Positions 54,802 to 64,000 of a stretch of 64,000 nt of DNA are shown here, in pieces. Position numbers and translations under genes: made by a program. The stretch is from an uncultured virus (IMG/VR IMGVR_UViG_3300020421_000013) (taxonomy: Duplodnaviria; Heunggongvirae; Uroviricota; Caudoviricetes; Crassvirales). The notes below the pieces were generated by a model. That model worked only from the letters and a program-made list of their open reading frames with translations, searched no databases and had not been told where the DNA came from. How positions within the stretch are numbered: the stretch's first letter is position 1; every line of letters begins with the position of its first letter. The DNA lies in the IMG/VR virus record IMGVR_UViG_3300020421_000013; one strand, given 5' to 3'.

Positions 54802-55260
54802 ATGCTTATCGAAAAAATTTATTGGAGTGAAGAGCCTACCGTCGAACAGGAAATATTAATGACAACATTTCTGAAAGAGAAAGGATACGATAAATTACTT
54901 GAAAAACATCACATGTATATATTCTTGAGCGAAAAACCAGAAGAAGTGTTTTTTAAACTATACAAGACTTCAAGAGTGATGCACATATCTAAAAAATATA
55001 ATTTTTCAGTTGATCAGGTTATAGAATATTTGTTCGATTCTTTTAGTTTTTATCAGGAACTCAGAGAAGTTTTGTATTGGAATAGTATAGGTGACTACAA
55101 AAAATATGTACCTTGTACAGGTGAAATCAAAACAGTAAATGGTACTGAGTCGGTTATTGAAAACGATTGTGTCTTTGCGAAGACAGAACAAGAAGCAGAA
55201 TTGCTTTTTAAAGATATCGGATATAGTGATTTAATGTATGTTGTTGATATAGATGAGTAA
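54802..55260 (+). CDS. Hypothetical protein
   Basis: 152-aa ORF. Confidence 0.6.
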   Translation: MLIEKIYWSEEPTVEQEILMTTFLKEKGYDKLLEKHHMYIFLSEKPEEVFFKLYKTSRVMHISKKYNFSVDQVIEYLFDSFSFYQELREVLYWNSIGDYKKYVPCTGEIKTVNGTESVIENDCVFAKTEQEAELLFKDIGYSDLMYVVDIDE

Positions 55261-55537
55261 TTTTCCATGTACATCTTGCGGCGCCTGCTGCAGAAGGCTA
55301 CATCTTTTTCCTAAGGATTTGATAGAAGAGCACGGGCTAAAGCATGACCAGTCTGGACGATGTGAAAATCTACAGGAGAACAACAAATGTAGAATATACG
55401 AAGATAGACCTGAGATATGCATTGTCGATCACAAAAAGTATGACGTGGATGCTGATTTCTACTATAAGGTTGTAGCTAATTCATGCAACACATGGATGGA
55501 AGAGGACAAGTCTGAATATGAACGAGTCAAACTATGA
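55253..55537 (+). CDS. YkgJ-family CxxCxxCC (Fe-S/Zn) protein
   Basis: FPCTSCGACC..GRCENL..CRIYEDRPEIC. Confidence 0.85.
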   Translation: MSNFPCTSCGACCRRLHLFPKDLIEEHGLKHDQSGRCENLQENNKCRIYEDRPEICIVDHKKYDVDADFYYKVVANSCNTWMEEDKSEYERVKL

Positions 55538-55989
55538 GAAGAAAAGTTAAGCGGAATAAGCAAATAACGAGATCAACGAAAGTACAGTATCAAGGATTAA
55601 ATTTTGCATCCAAATTAGAAATGCATATGTACAAGCTCCTGAAACAAGCAAAGATACCAGTAGAATACGAAGGTAAAACATTTTCATTAGTTGAGGGTTT
55701 TGATTTTACAAATGCAAGCTACGAGAAAACTCGAGTTAAGAAATTCTTGCATGATAGAGGCAATAAAAATGTATTGCCAATCAAATATACGCCAGATTTT
55801 TTAGATATTCAGGACCCCCCTAGATTTATTATTGAATGCAAGGGTAATCCAAACGAAGCTTTTCCTATCCGCTGGAAGCTTTTTAAGCGGTATTTAATAA
55901 ACAACAACATTAAAGCTGACCTTTTTATGCCTAGAAATCAAAAAGATTGCGCAGAGGTCGTTAAAATAATTCAAGAAATTATTGACTAG
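55534..55989 (+). CDS. Endonuclease I-like Holliday junction resolvase
   Basis: FASKLE..YE..YTPDF..IIECKG. Confidence 0.8.
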   Translation: MRRKVKRNKQITRSTKVQYQGLNFASKLEMHMYKLLKQAKIPVEYEGKTFSLVEGFDFTNASYEKTRVKKFLHDRGNKNVLPIKYTPDFLDIQDPPRFIIECKGNPNEAFPIRWKLFKRYLINNNIKADLFMPRNQKDCAEVVKIIQEIID

Positions 55990-58900
55990 CATCCATCAAG
56001 GCTCTTCTGAGGTTTTGTTTTCTTAAAAGTTCACTCTTATTGTACTTTGGATTTCGCACTTTTTCTTTTACTTCTTCTAGTCTTTCCTCCTTTTCCTCCA
56101 TCTCAATTCTTTTGATAGACGTAGGAGTTCTGCTTATTAAGTAATCTCTATTTATTTTCCCTCGCAACGCCCTCGTAAGCGTGTTTAAGTCTGCTGATGG
56201 AAAAACAGAATTAATCAGTGTAGCGACAGCTAAAACATCTGCTGCATCCTTAGCACGCTCCATAACATATCTATCCTTACCTATGGAGTAAGACGGGAAC
56301 TGCCCCTCTTGTGTATTCATTCTTTGCATCAAATACACCAGAGAGTTAACGTTGTCTAGGTAATCTTCAGCAACCAATTCATAAACACCTAAACTACTAA
56401 GTAACACCTCAGAAAGATCACGTGCATTCATAGGTCCAATATCCGAACCTAATCTTCTAATTGCTGGATTGTAGCTATTAAAAAAATCTTCATTTACTAA
56501 ATCTGATCTTTTCAATGTTTCATTCACTATCATCAAACCGAGCTCCGTAGCAATAGGTGGCGTTGGTAGAGGTATCATGCCATCTGCTAATGCAGTGTAA
56601 AATTCTTTTGATAAATCCCTTTCATAATTAGTGAGTTTGAATTCTTTCCCTTTAGCAATATCAACACCGTCTTGACCAAAACGATCTTGGTATATCGCTA
56701 TAAGTTTATCAATTTCATCGTCAAATCCTAACAAAGAAGCGAATAAACCAGAAACAGAAGAAATAAGTGCAGTATTAAATATCGGACTCATAATTTTGAA
56801 TACACCTATCTCAACAGCCGCAGACATCAATCTTCTTGCAGCCATAGCTTTATCTGCTCTAGACGTATACTTCGTATTAAGAATACCATAATCATTAGCC
56901 ATACCTGCCTTTCTATTATACATAAAAGCACCAAACATGTAGAATAAATCTGCTATTGCTCTGTGATTGCCACCAAATATACCTCGCTGATTCCAATTGT
57001 CTTGTTGTCTTTGTGATCTACCAACCTGATCATCAGCATAAGCTCTAGCTTTTTCACTAAAATTGTTTGCGGCATATTCAAAAAACTCAGAATCACTCAT
57101 TTTTCTTAATTCTGGATTATTCTTCATTTCATAATCCATGTAAAAAGCCAGGAATGTAGCATCTGCCGCCAACTCATCTGAATGAGTAACCATAGGTTTT
57201 AAAAACAAACCCTCTACTACATTTTTAACGAATTTATCATCAACCCACTTAGCTGTTTTACCAGCATATGTTGTTGGTTCAGTAAATTTTAATCCATCGA
57301 TATAACCAGTACCATATCTAGCCTTGCCTGTTCTTCCCAATGTAGTGCTATTAGATATTATAGTCATTTTGTTTTTGTGCTCTAAACTAGAAGCTAATCC
57401 TTTTCCTCCTGTAGCACCAAACACAAATCGAGCTATTTCTTTAGATAAATAAGCCCTAGGAGCCCCACCCATGTTTACAGTTTGAGCCAGCATGGCAGAT
57501 AATCCTTGTGCCGCTCTCATTCGTATACTAGCTAGTCTTTTTGTTTGAGAAATAGTTTTTACTGATTTACCAATTCTAGCCATAACACCAGTAAACTCAT
57601 CTGAGTCAATAATTTCAGTTCTAGAAGTTTTAACCATTTCTCTTTGAGCATTGACTAAATTTTCATTTAAAACTTTTTTTAGATAATCAAAATCAGTTAT
57701 GGTTGGCTCAGCGAATGCTCTGCTCACAGATTCAGTATCAAATATGTCTGAAAACTTTTTGCTATTATAAACCCCAGATAATGTTGATATATGTTCTGCA
57801 GCTGACAATTGTGCTTTAGTGTTTTTATACAAATCGAACACTATGGCTTCGTAATTGTCGAAAAACATGTCAGCATCAGGAATATTTGTTTGGTCGGAAG
57901 ACTCTTGTAAGTTTCCTGACACCATTTGTGAAGGGTCTTCTATTGGCGTTATAACATCCATATCTCCAACAACACCTCCGACAAGATTGTTTTTACCTAA
58001 GTTAGAATACACTAAAGGCATGTAGTTTTCAAACATCATTGGTTCTTTTCCTAAGAAATCTACCATGTGTTGATTTACGCCATCATACAAGGGCTTGAAC
58101 ATACTGCGAAGTTCATTTACACCCAAAACATTGTAATCTTTTGCCCTGCCCTCCACCTCAGCATAAGAATTAGATCCAGCAATAATATTGTTGAAAACCT
58201 TCATAAAGTCTTTTTGCTTTTTCTTCGCCACATTTGAATTGTCATCACGCAACATGTTTTCTATATATTGACGTAATGAATTGGCTTTTTCTTTAAATTG
58301 AGTATTTATATCATCGGTTTTCTGCTGGCCATCTAAACCTTTGTCATGATACTTTCCTAAATAAGAAAGCATTCCTCTTTCAATCAGGTTGTCACTAGAT
58401 TTAAATTCGTCTATGCTTATCTTGATCCCTTCTTTAGAAAGAAAAGACAATGATTCAAATTCCTCTTTTTTATCTTGTGCTTGTTTTTCAGCTACGGTTA
58501 TAGCGGTGTCTTTGTTACTCTCTAGTGTCAGTAGTGGCTGTTTTGCTTTCTGACTCTTAAATAACATACTAATAATCAACCTTTGATCTGCGAAGCCAAA
58601 TGTTTTTCCAGTAAATAAACTTTCTAAAAATGTCTGAGGTTTTAATTTTTCTCCTATTGTTTCGGTTGGCATGTTAGATAACACCTCATCCATCACCTGA
58701 TCGGCTTTTGCTAAAAATGTGTAGTATCTTCTTATGGGTATTTTTGTTACATCTCCGCTTTTTGATGCTTCGGCTAAATCGTTTGTTAATTTTTGAAATA
58801 TTCTTTTTTGAGCTTCAGTAAGATCTTTGTAATTTTTGCTGTCTAAAAAATTAATTACTCCTTGTAATTCTTTTGGATTTCTAGTTACAGGATTAGTTGG

Positions 58901-61900
58901 CTTATCAAACAAGGCTTTTTCATTTGCGACAACTCGAAGCGACCTAAGATTTTTAGCCGTTTGTCGCATAGTCAAATCTTCTTCAGTTATCGCTTTTCTT
59001 TGTTGATCTCTAAAAACAATGTCAAATTCAGACATTTCTTCCGACGTTAAGTTTTCAGGATATATAACTTTATCTTTTAGTTTAGATTCGAGGCCAAACT
59101 TTTCTAAAAACCTAAAATTGGCTGGAGATTGTCTTAATGTAACAGGAACTTTATATTTATTAGCGAAATCCTGTGCGTTTTTAATAAGAACCTGCTCTTC
59201 TGTTTTATATCTTGCATAGTTTTCCTCGTCGGCCTTTCTTAATTCTTCTTTGCTAACTAAAGGATCTTGTATGCCTTCATAAAAGTCCTGCAAATCATTA
59301 TCGTTGTCAAAAGCTTCTTGAACTAATGGCTGGCCATATCGCATTTCAATACCAAGCAATCCATTGTCTCTAGACACAGGTACGGTTTCTCTTGAAACAA
59401 CTTCGCTTTCGTCTTTTTGCTTGTTTGTTTTTTGAGATGTATCAGCCAATTCCTGGGACATTTGATTTCTGTCAAAGAAAAATTTTGCACCTACAGTACT
59501 ATAATCCCATTTGTGATCCTTGCTAAAATATATAGCATTTTCTTCTGTATCCTTGAAAGTAGGGTCTGTATTTTTAACGAATTTATCCCTATCCCTAAGC
59601 TCGTCCCGTGTTCTTAAATTTCCATCAAGAAGAACATCAAACTTAGTCCTGGTTGCGTGAGAAACGACCTCTCTTTCATCACCCCCTTTAACGCCAACAA
59701 ATGCATCGATATTTTTCCCAACATCTTGTGATAATTTATATTGACCTTCAGCTGTTATTTTATTGAAGTTTTTTTGCTGATCTCTAACAAGTTGTTTTAA
59801 TTTTTTCTCGGTGCGTTCCTTAAAGTTTTGATCAACTTCCTGCCCTTTTTCTGGAATTCCTTGGGGGTCTGTTTCATCAAATATAGTTTTTATATCAAGC
59901 TCAACTCTAGCGTCTTTTGCTTGATTAACTAAATCTTGTATTTCTATTTCTGTTTTTGCTATTGCAGCAAGGTTTTCTTTATCAGCATTTTTTATAAAAT
60001 CTTTAGACTGATTTATAATATTGCTTTGTCTTTCAGTAAGATTATTATACTCTTCTTCAATTAAATTATTGGTTGATTTGCCCTGCTTTTTTAAATCGTC
60101 TTTGATTTTCTGAATAGATGTTAATTCATGTGATATAGAATTGTATTCTATATTTTGCTCTAGATAAAGGCTTGTTAAGACTTCTTCTATAGCTTTTCTA
60201 GATGATTTTGTTTGAGTGTATCCCAAACCAGCACTCAATACAAATCCAGATCCAATACTGCTTAAAGATGTGTTTCCTACGGTTCTAGCGTAATCTTCGA
60301 ATTCATATTCAGCAATTCCAGTAGCTTCATCAATCATCATATTGTGAACAGATATCAAGTTTTCTTCAAACTGTTCAGAAGCCATTCCAGCCCCAAGCTT
60401 GTAACTCATCTCCTTCACAAGGCCTCTTCTGTAAGCTTCTACAGCCTCATTCATTTGAGAAACAGTAGCCTTACCAGGAATTATTTTACTTGCGTCTTTA
60501 AATAATTTATATGTAAATGCTCTTGTAACTAATGCTTCTTGCGCTGCCTTAGCAAAAGCAGTTCCATACATATTTACTCTACTTCTTTCTAGATGTGGAG
60601 CAAGCGACTCATCTATGTGACCATCCTCAGCAAAGTCTCTACGAGCTATAGACTGCATCGTTCTAGCCTGCTCCATTGACTGTCCAAATGCAGAGGTGGT
60701 TGTCATTGCTAAACCAGCTGCTGGGTTTATCATGAATAGGGCTGTGTGCGGAAAACTTTGTCCCGCTGCCTGACTCATCCTAGTTGCCAGCTCAACAAAA
60801 CTTGAAGAATCTACTATATCTCCTTGATTTTCAGGCAATATAACTTGCTTCGATCTAATCTGATCTTTTAATTTTTGAATTTGACGATCTTTTTGCTTGT
60901 AGTATACGTTAGAAAAGTAATCATCTACTTGATCTTTAGTCCAGTCAGTTCCTAATTCAACGACAGCCTTTGTTATTGCAGTTTCAGGTATTGCTGCTAA
61001 ATGATGCATTGTTTCTGCCATATCAGCAGATATATCTAAAATACTGTTTGTTGCCGATCCAAAAAGATATGCCACAAAGTTATCGTTAGTGGTTTGATCT
61101 TCTAAAAGTTTTGTGGCTTGGTTTATTAAAACATTATTCATGTTTTTGAAACCAGTGTTATTTAATGTGCTTTCATCATTTATAGTTATGTCAATCTCGC
61201 CTGATCTTCTCAAATCAAAATCAGTCAAAACATCATATAACTGATTGTATGATGAAGGACGACCATCTATTTGAATTCCTGGAACTTTAATATCTCCTGG
61301 GTCTAGGTCTCCTGAAGCCATCAACTGGTCTACTACAGCAGAATTAATTTGATTATTTTTAACAAAAGCTTCTATACCTCCTGTGTTGTCTATCAGATTA
61401 GAATATGTTGTTGAAAACACTCCTCGACTTCTCTGATATTGACGTATAACCCCATCATATGAACGCATCTTTTCTTTAAGCTCGAGATATGCTGGGTTTT
61501 TCTGTCCATAGCTTTGTGTCCCTGCGGTGCCCTGTAAGTATTCTTCAACACCTTCTAATTGTTTTTTTAATGCATTTTTACCAGCAATAGCTTTCTGAAC
61601 TACTTCTTGATCCATGATTATATCAGAACGCATTTTCTGAGCTGCCTCAGCTGGGTTTGTCTGAAAATCTAAACCATATACAATTTCAGGAGTAACATCG
61701 CCTTTAACTTTTTGCATAAAGTCTCTCAGTCCTCTTGCATCAAGAACCATTTGTTCATCAGTAACGGTTCCATTAAGCCAAAAGCTATTGTTTTCTATTT
61801 TAAATGTACCCTCTATATTAGGATGTGAAACTTCTATATTATCCTCAGAAGGGTCAACTTCTTTAAAGTTGAATCCAAGGTATCCAAATTGTTTTTCAAG

Positions 61901-62890
61901 CTTAATTCTTAAATCTGATTCATCTCCACCTCCAATTGTTGTTCCAAATATTCCAGGTTCAATGCGTAGGTAATCTGGCGTTATAACACCGAAAACATCG
62001 TTTATTTTCTTTTTATTTTCTTTTTGAAAGAAATCTAATGCCTCATCTGACATTATTTTATATGAGCCTCTTTTAATAAACTCATCAAGCATCAAGTTTA
62101 GTTTTTCTCCATCGCCTTTAGCTTTATTTGACCCCTGTCCTTCGTAGTAAGATTCCCCAGCATTCTTTGTTCCGTCTGCTTTGATAAGTGGAACTGAAGC
62201 CCAGGTCTTAGCTAATCCATTTGAAAACTTGTCCTTGTTTTTTTTCGGGTCACGTAAAAAATCCCCATAGCCAGCTCTATTTAAAAGTTCTATAGTAATT
62301 CTGTCTTGTAATTCTGGGGTAAATTTTTCGCTTTCATCGATTCCTAGCTTATCGATTGTTTCTTTTAAGGTTTCGGGTTTAAACTGAAACATCCCTACAG
62401 CCTTGTTTTTATTTCTTCTCTGCCAATCTAATACGCCTTTGATAGACATATTAGTAAAATCTGCAGATTGTTTTTCGTCAAGATAGTCTCCTTGATAAGC
62501 ACTATAACCATTCGGTCCACCTTCAATAGGCTTGAGGTAGTCCAAAATGTTTTTGGTCATTGATTTATTCTTGTCCAATAACGAATCCAAAGAAGATTCG
62601 TCGTCTACCGATAGAGATTGATAAGCCGAACTTAGTTGATCCAGAGGCGATTCCTCTTGACCTGGCTTTGCCTGTTGATGAGGAGTGCGATTTGGATTTT
62701 TTTTTTCAAAATCTGTCTGGTAATCAATTTGATCCATGAACGTCTTGAGTTGATTTGCATTTTGCACAGCAAACGTATAACCGTCTTGCTTGTTGTATAT
62801 GCCTAGCAAATCATCATAGTTTCCGTTATCGAAAAGCTCCTCGTTCTCCGACTTTAATTTTTGTAATTCTTTCTTTAATATTGGATCCAT
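55979..62890 (-). CDS. Giant internal virion (ejected) protein with N-terminal lysozyme-like domain
   Basis: 2303 aa; IEG..GY..AVGMFQFKPETL..FTPELQD..WASVP..SYY at aa ~120-260; remainder helical. Confidence 0.7.
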   Translation of the reverse strand: MDPILKKELQKLKSENEELFDNGNYDDLLGIYNKQDGYTFAVQNANQLKTFMDQIDYQTDFEKKNPNRTPHQQAKPGQEESPLDQLSSAYQSLSVDDESSLDSLLDKNKSMTKNILDYLKPIEGGPNGYSAYQGDYLDEKQSADFTNMSIKGVLDWQRRNKNKAVGMFQFKPETLKETIDKLGIDESEKFTPELQDRITIELLNRAGYGDFLRDPKKNKDKFSNGLAKTWASVPLIKADGTKNAGESYYEGQGSNKAKGDGEKLNLMLDEFIKRGSYKIMSDEALDFFQKENKKKINDVFGVITPDYLRIEPGIFGTTIGGGDESDLRIKLEKQFGYLGFNFKEVDPSEDNIEVSHPNIEGTFKIENNSFWLNGTVTDEQMVLDARGLRDFMQKVKGDVTPEIVYGLDFQTNPAEAAQKMRSDIIMDQEVVQKAIAGKNALKKQLEGVEEYLQGTAGTQSYGQKNPAYLELKEKMRSYDGVIRQYQRSRGVFSTTYSNLIDNTGGIEAFVKNNQINSAVVDQLMASGDLDPGDIKVPGIQIDGRPSSYNQLYDVLTDFDLRRSGEIDITINDESTLNNTGFKNMNNVLINQATKLLEDQTTNDNFVAYLFGSATNSILDISADMAETMHHLAAIPETAITKAVVELGTDWTKDQVDDYFSNVYYKQKDRQIQKLKDQIRSKQVILPENQGDIVDSSSFVELATRMSQAAGQSFPHTALFMINPAAGLAMTTTSAFGQSMEQARTMQSIARRDFAEDGHIDESLAPHLERSRVNMYGTAFAKAAQEALVTRAFTYKLFKDASKIIPGKATVSQMNEAVEAYRRGLVKEMSYKLGAGMASEQFEENLISVHNMMIDEATGIAEYEFEDYARTVGNTSLSSIGSGFVLSAGLGYTQTKSSRKAIEEVLTSLYLEQNIEYNSISHELTSIQKIKDDLKKQGKSTNNLIEEEYNNLTERQSNIINQSKDFIKNADKENLAAIAKTEIEIQDLVNQAKDARVELDIKTIFDETDPQGIPEKGQEVDQNFKERTEKKLKQLVRDQQKNFNKITAEGQYKLSQDVGKNIDAFVGVKGGDEREVVSHATRTKFDVLLDGNLRTRDELRDRDKFVKNTDPTFKDTEENAIYFSKDHKWDYSTVGAKFFFDRNQMSQELADTSQKTNKQKDESEVVSRETVPVSRDNGLLGIEMRYGQPLVQEAFDNDNDLQDFYEGIQDPLVSKEELRKADEENYARYKTEEQVLIKNAQDFANKYKVPVTLRQSPANFRFLEKFGLESKLKDKVIYPENLTSEEMSEFDIVFRDQQRKAITEEDLTMRQTAKNLRSLRVVANEKALFDKPTNPVTRNPKELQGVINFLDSKNYKDLTEAQKRIFQKLTNDLAEASKSGDVTKIPIRRYYTFLAKADQVMDEVLSNMPTETIGEKLKPQTFLESLFTGKTFGFADQRLIISMLFKSQKAKQPLLTLESNKDTAITVAEKQAQDKKEEFESLSFLSKEGIKISIDEFKSSDNLIERGMLSYLGKYHDKGLDGQQKTDDINTQFKEKANSLRQYIENMLRDDNSNVAKKKQKDFMKVFNNIIAGSNSYAEVEGRAKDYNVLGVNELRSMFKPLYDGVNQHMVDFLGKEPMMFENYMPLVYSNLGKNNLVGGVVGDMDVITPIEDPSQMVSGNLQESSDQTNIPDADMFFDNYEAIVFDLYKNTKAQLSAAEHISTLSGVYNSKKFSDIFDTESVSRAFAEPTITDFDYLKKVLNENLVNAQREMVKTSRTEIIDSDEFTGVMARIGKSVKTISQTKRLASIRMRAAQGLSAMLAQTVNMGGAPRAYLSKEIARFVFGATGGKGLASSLEHKNKMTIISNSTTLGRTGKARYGTGYIDGLKFTEPTTYAGKTAKWVDDKFVKNVVEGLFLKPMVTHSDELAADATFLAFYMDYEMKNNPELRKMSDSEFFEYAANNFSEKARAYADDQVGRSQRQQDNWNQRGIFGGNHRAIADLFYMFGAFMYNRKAGMANDYGILNTKYTSRADKAMAARRLMSAAVEIGVFKIMSPIFNTALISSVSGLFASLLGFDDEIDKLIAIYQDRFGQDGVDIAKGKEFKLTNYERDLSKEFYTALADGMIPLPTPPIATELGLMIVNETLKRSDLVNEDFFNSYNPAIRRLGSDIGPMNARDLSEVLLSSLGVYELVAEDYLDNVNSLVYLMQRMNTQEGQFPSYSIGKDRYVMERAKDAADVLAVATLINSVFPSADLNTLTRALRGKINRDYLISRTPTSIKRIEMEEKEERLEEVKEKVRNPKYNKSELLRKQNLRRALMDASQ

Positions 62891-64000
62891 TAGCCTTGAT
62901 TACTAAATAAATAATATAATATCTCTGAAGCTGTAGGCGCACCTTTAGCATTTTTTAATTGCTCATATCTAGCAGCTAAAGCTGGGCTTCCATCTAGCGC
63001 CTTGCTTATAATCTGCTGAGCCTGCTCGTTTGTCAAAGTGTTTGTTGTTGCGCTACCTGTAACTCTACTTTGAGCTTGCGAACCAAGTCCAGTGTCTACG
63101 ATAGAACCGTCTGCCTGAACTCCTTCTTTTGACATGCTTTCTTCATATGTCACAGAGCCAACTGCTCTTACTCCTTTTAAAACAAGTCTTGACTTGGTAA
63201 AATCTGGAATACCAGAATCACCTTCTTCCACAATAGTTTTTCCAGTATCTTTATCTACTCCAGGAACTCTTTCAGTTACAAATACAAATCCGCTTAGTGA
63301 GCTAAATTTTTGCCCACCATTACTGGTTAGCTTTATGTTTTCTAAGTCAGTGCCACTCATGTCAATAGTTACGCCAACATCCTGCAATTCTCTTTGTTCA
63401 GAGTAGGACCTAGTGTCAGTATAATCTGATTTAGATCCAGAAGATATATTTGCAAGTTTACCTGTTCCATCCTCATCCTGAAATATAAGGTCAGAATTGT
63501 TCTGAACAAACTCAGGTTCAGCCATTAATTCCTCAGCCATAGAAGTGTAGCTCATGTTTTGAACTTTACCTTGAATAGTTGTAAATGCTTGTGTATAATT
63601 CTCACTTCCTGGGGTCTGATTAAGCCCGTGTTCGCGACCTAATATAGCTGATTGAAGAAGATCTCTACCATCAAAATCATCAGTACTCATGGTTTGCCCA
63701 TTCTTTGCTTGACTAGCACCCTTGTTGCTAATAGACCCTAGCCTGCCTCCAACTATTGTTTTATCTGGCTTCTGTGATTTGTTAGTAGGTGAATCTCTTC
63801 TTCTCACTACTGTTACATCAACATCTTCTTCTTCACCAAATGCTCCTTTAACTTGTTTTAAATAAGCTTTAGCCGCCTCTTCTCGCATATCATTAGTGAT
63901 TTTAAACCTTCCTGTGTCTGGATCAAGTACTATATCTGTTTCAGCGTTATCGCCAAGTTTTTTCCCTAGATTATCGTATAAGTAGGATATAACTTTACTA
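62890..64000 (-). CDS. Virion/ejected protein, 5' end outside the window
   Basis: Frame stays open upstream of the ATG at 63888 to the window edge; TAATG coupling to the giant gene. Confidence 0.65.
   Translation of the reverse strand, partial: SKVISYLYDNLGKKLGDNAETDIVLDPDTGRFKITNDMREEAAKAYLKQVKGAFGEEEDVDVTVVRRRDSPTNKSQKPDKTIVGGRLGSISNKGASQAKNGQTMSTDDFDGRDLLQSAILGREHGLNQTPGSENYTQAFTTIQGKVQNMSYTSMAEELMAEPEFVQNNSDLIFQDEDGTGKLANISSGSKSDYTDTRSYSEQRELQDVGVTIDMSGTDLENIKLTSNGGQKFSSLSGFVFVTERVPGVDKDTGKTIVEEGDSGIPDFTKSRLVLKGVRAVGSVTYEESMSKEGVQADGSIVDTGLGSQAQSRVTGSATTNTLTNEQAQQIISKALDGSPALAARYEQLKNAKGAPTASEILYYLFSNQG

Noticed and set aside
59280..59330. FDNDND in the giant protein as an RNA polymerase DxDxD motif
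   Set aside because: No recognisable double-psi-barrel context; acidic triplets are common by chance
1..64000. Stop-codon reassignment as in some crAss-like phages
   Set aside because: Genes are full length and densely packed under the standard code; TAG and TGA both end genes; no suppressor tRNA seen

Overview
The window is a large part, probably nearly all, of an AT-rich tailed dsDNA phage genome. Gene order, protein sizes and TAnnTTTG promoters point to a podovirus-type phage of a marine Bacteroidota (flavobacterial) host, distantly crAss-related and reminiscent of the GroEL-encoding Cellulophaga phi38:1-like group. This assignment comes from recognition, not a database search. The minus strand (1-41.2 kb and 56-64 kb) carries the virion and late module: ejected proteins, a split tail nozzle/stabilisation gene, ring proteins, major capsid, scaffold, portal, terminase, tail fibres, lysis genes, many tiny basic proteins and GroES/GroEL. 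The plus strand (42-56 kb) carries early and replication genes: M28 peptidase, ERF, exonuclease, SSB, a DnaA domain IV-like protein, replisome organizer, primase-helicase, a MazG-like enzyme, metallophosphoesterase and endonuclease I. No DNA or RNA polymerase, tRNA, CRISPR array or integrase was recognised. The most interesting observations are: (1) a 203-266 codon +1-frame ORF overprinted on the terminase ATPase region, with a lipoprotein-like signal peptide and a local GC/codon shift; (2) a nozzle gene apparently split around a Ca-binding repeat array and a 1194-aa inserted gene; (3) an oriented 12-mer GTTCACTATCAT plus template-strand GNA mini-hairpins marking the early region; (4) a 26-aa stand-alone CDGSH mini-protein; (5) a putative type-1 copper site in a tail fibre.
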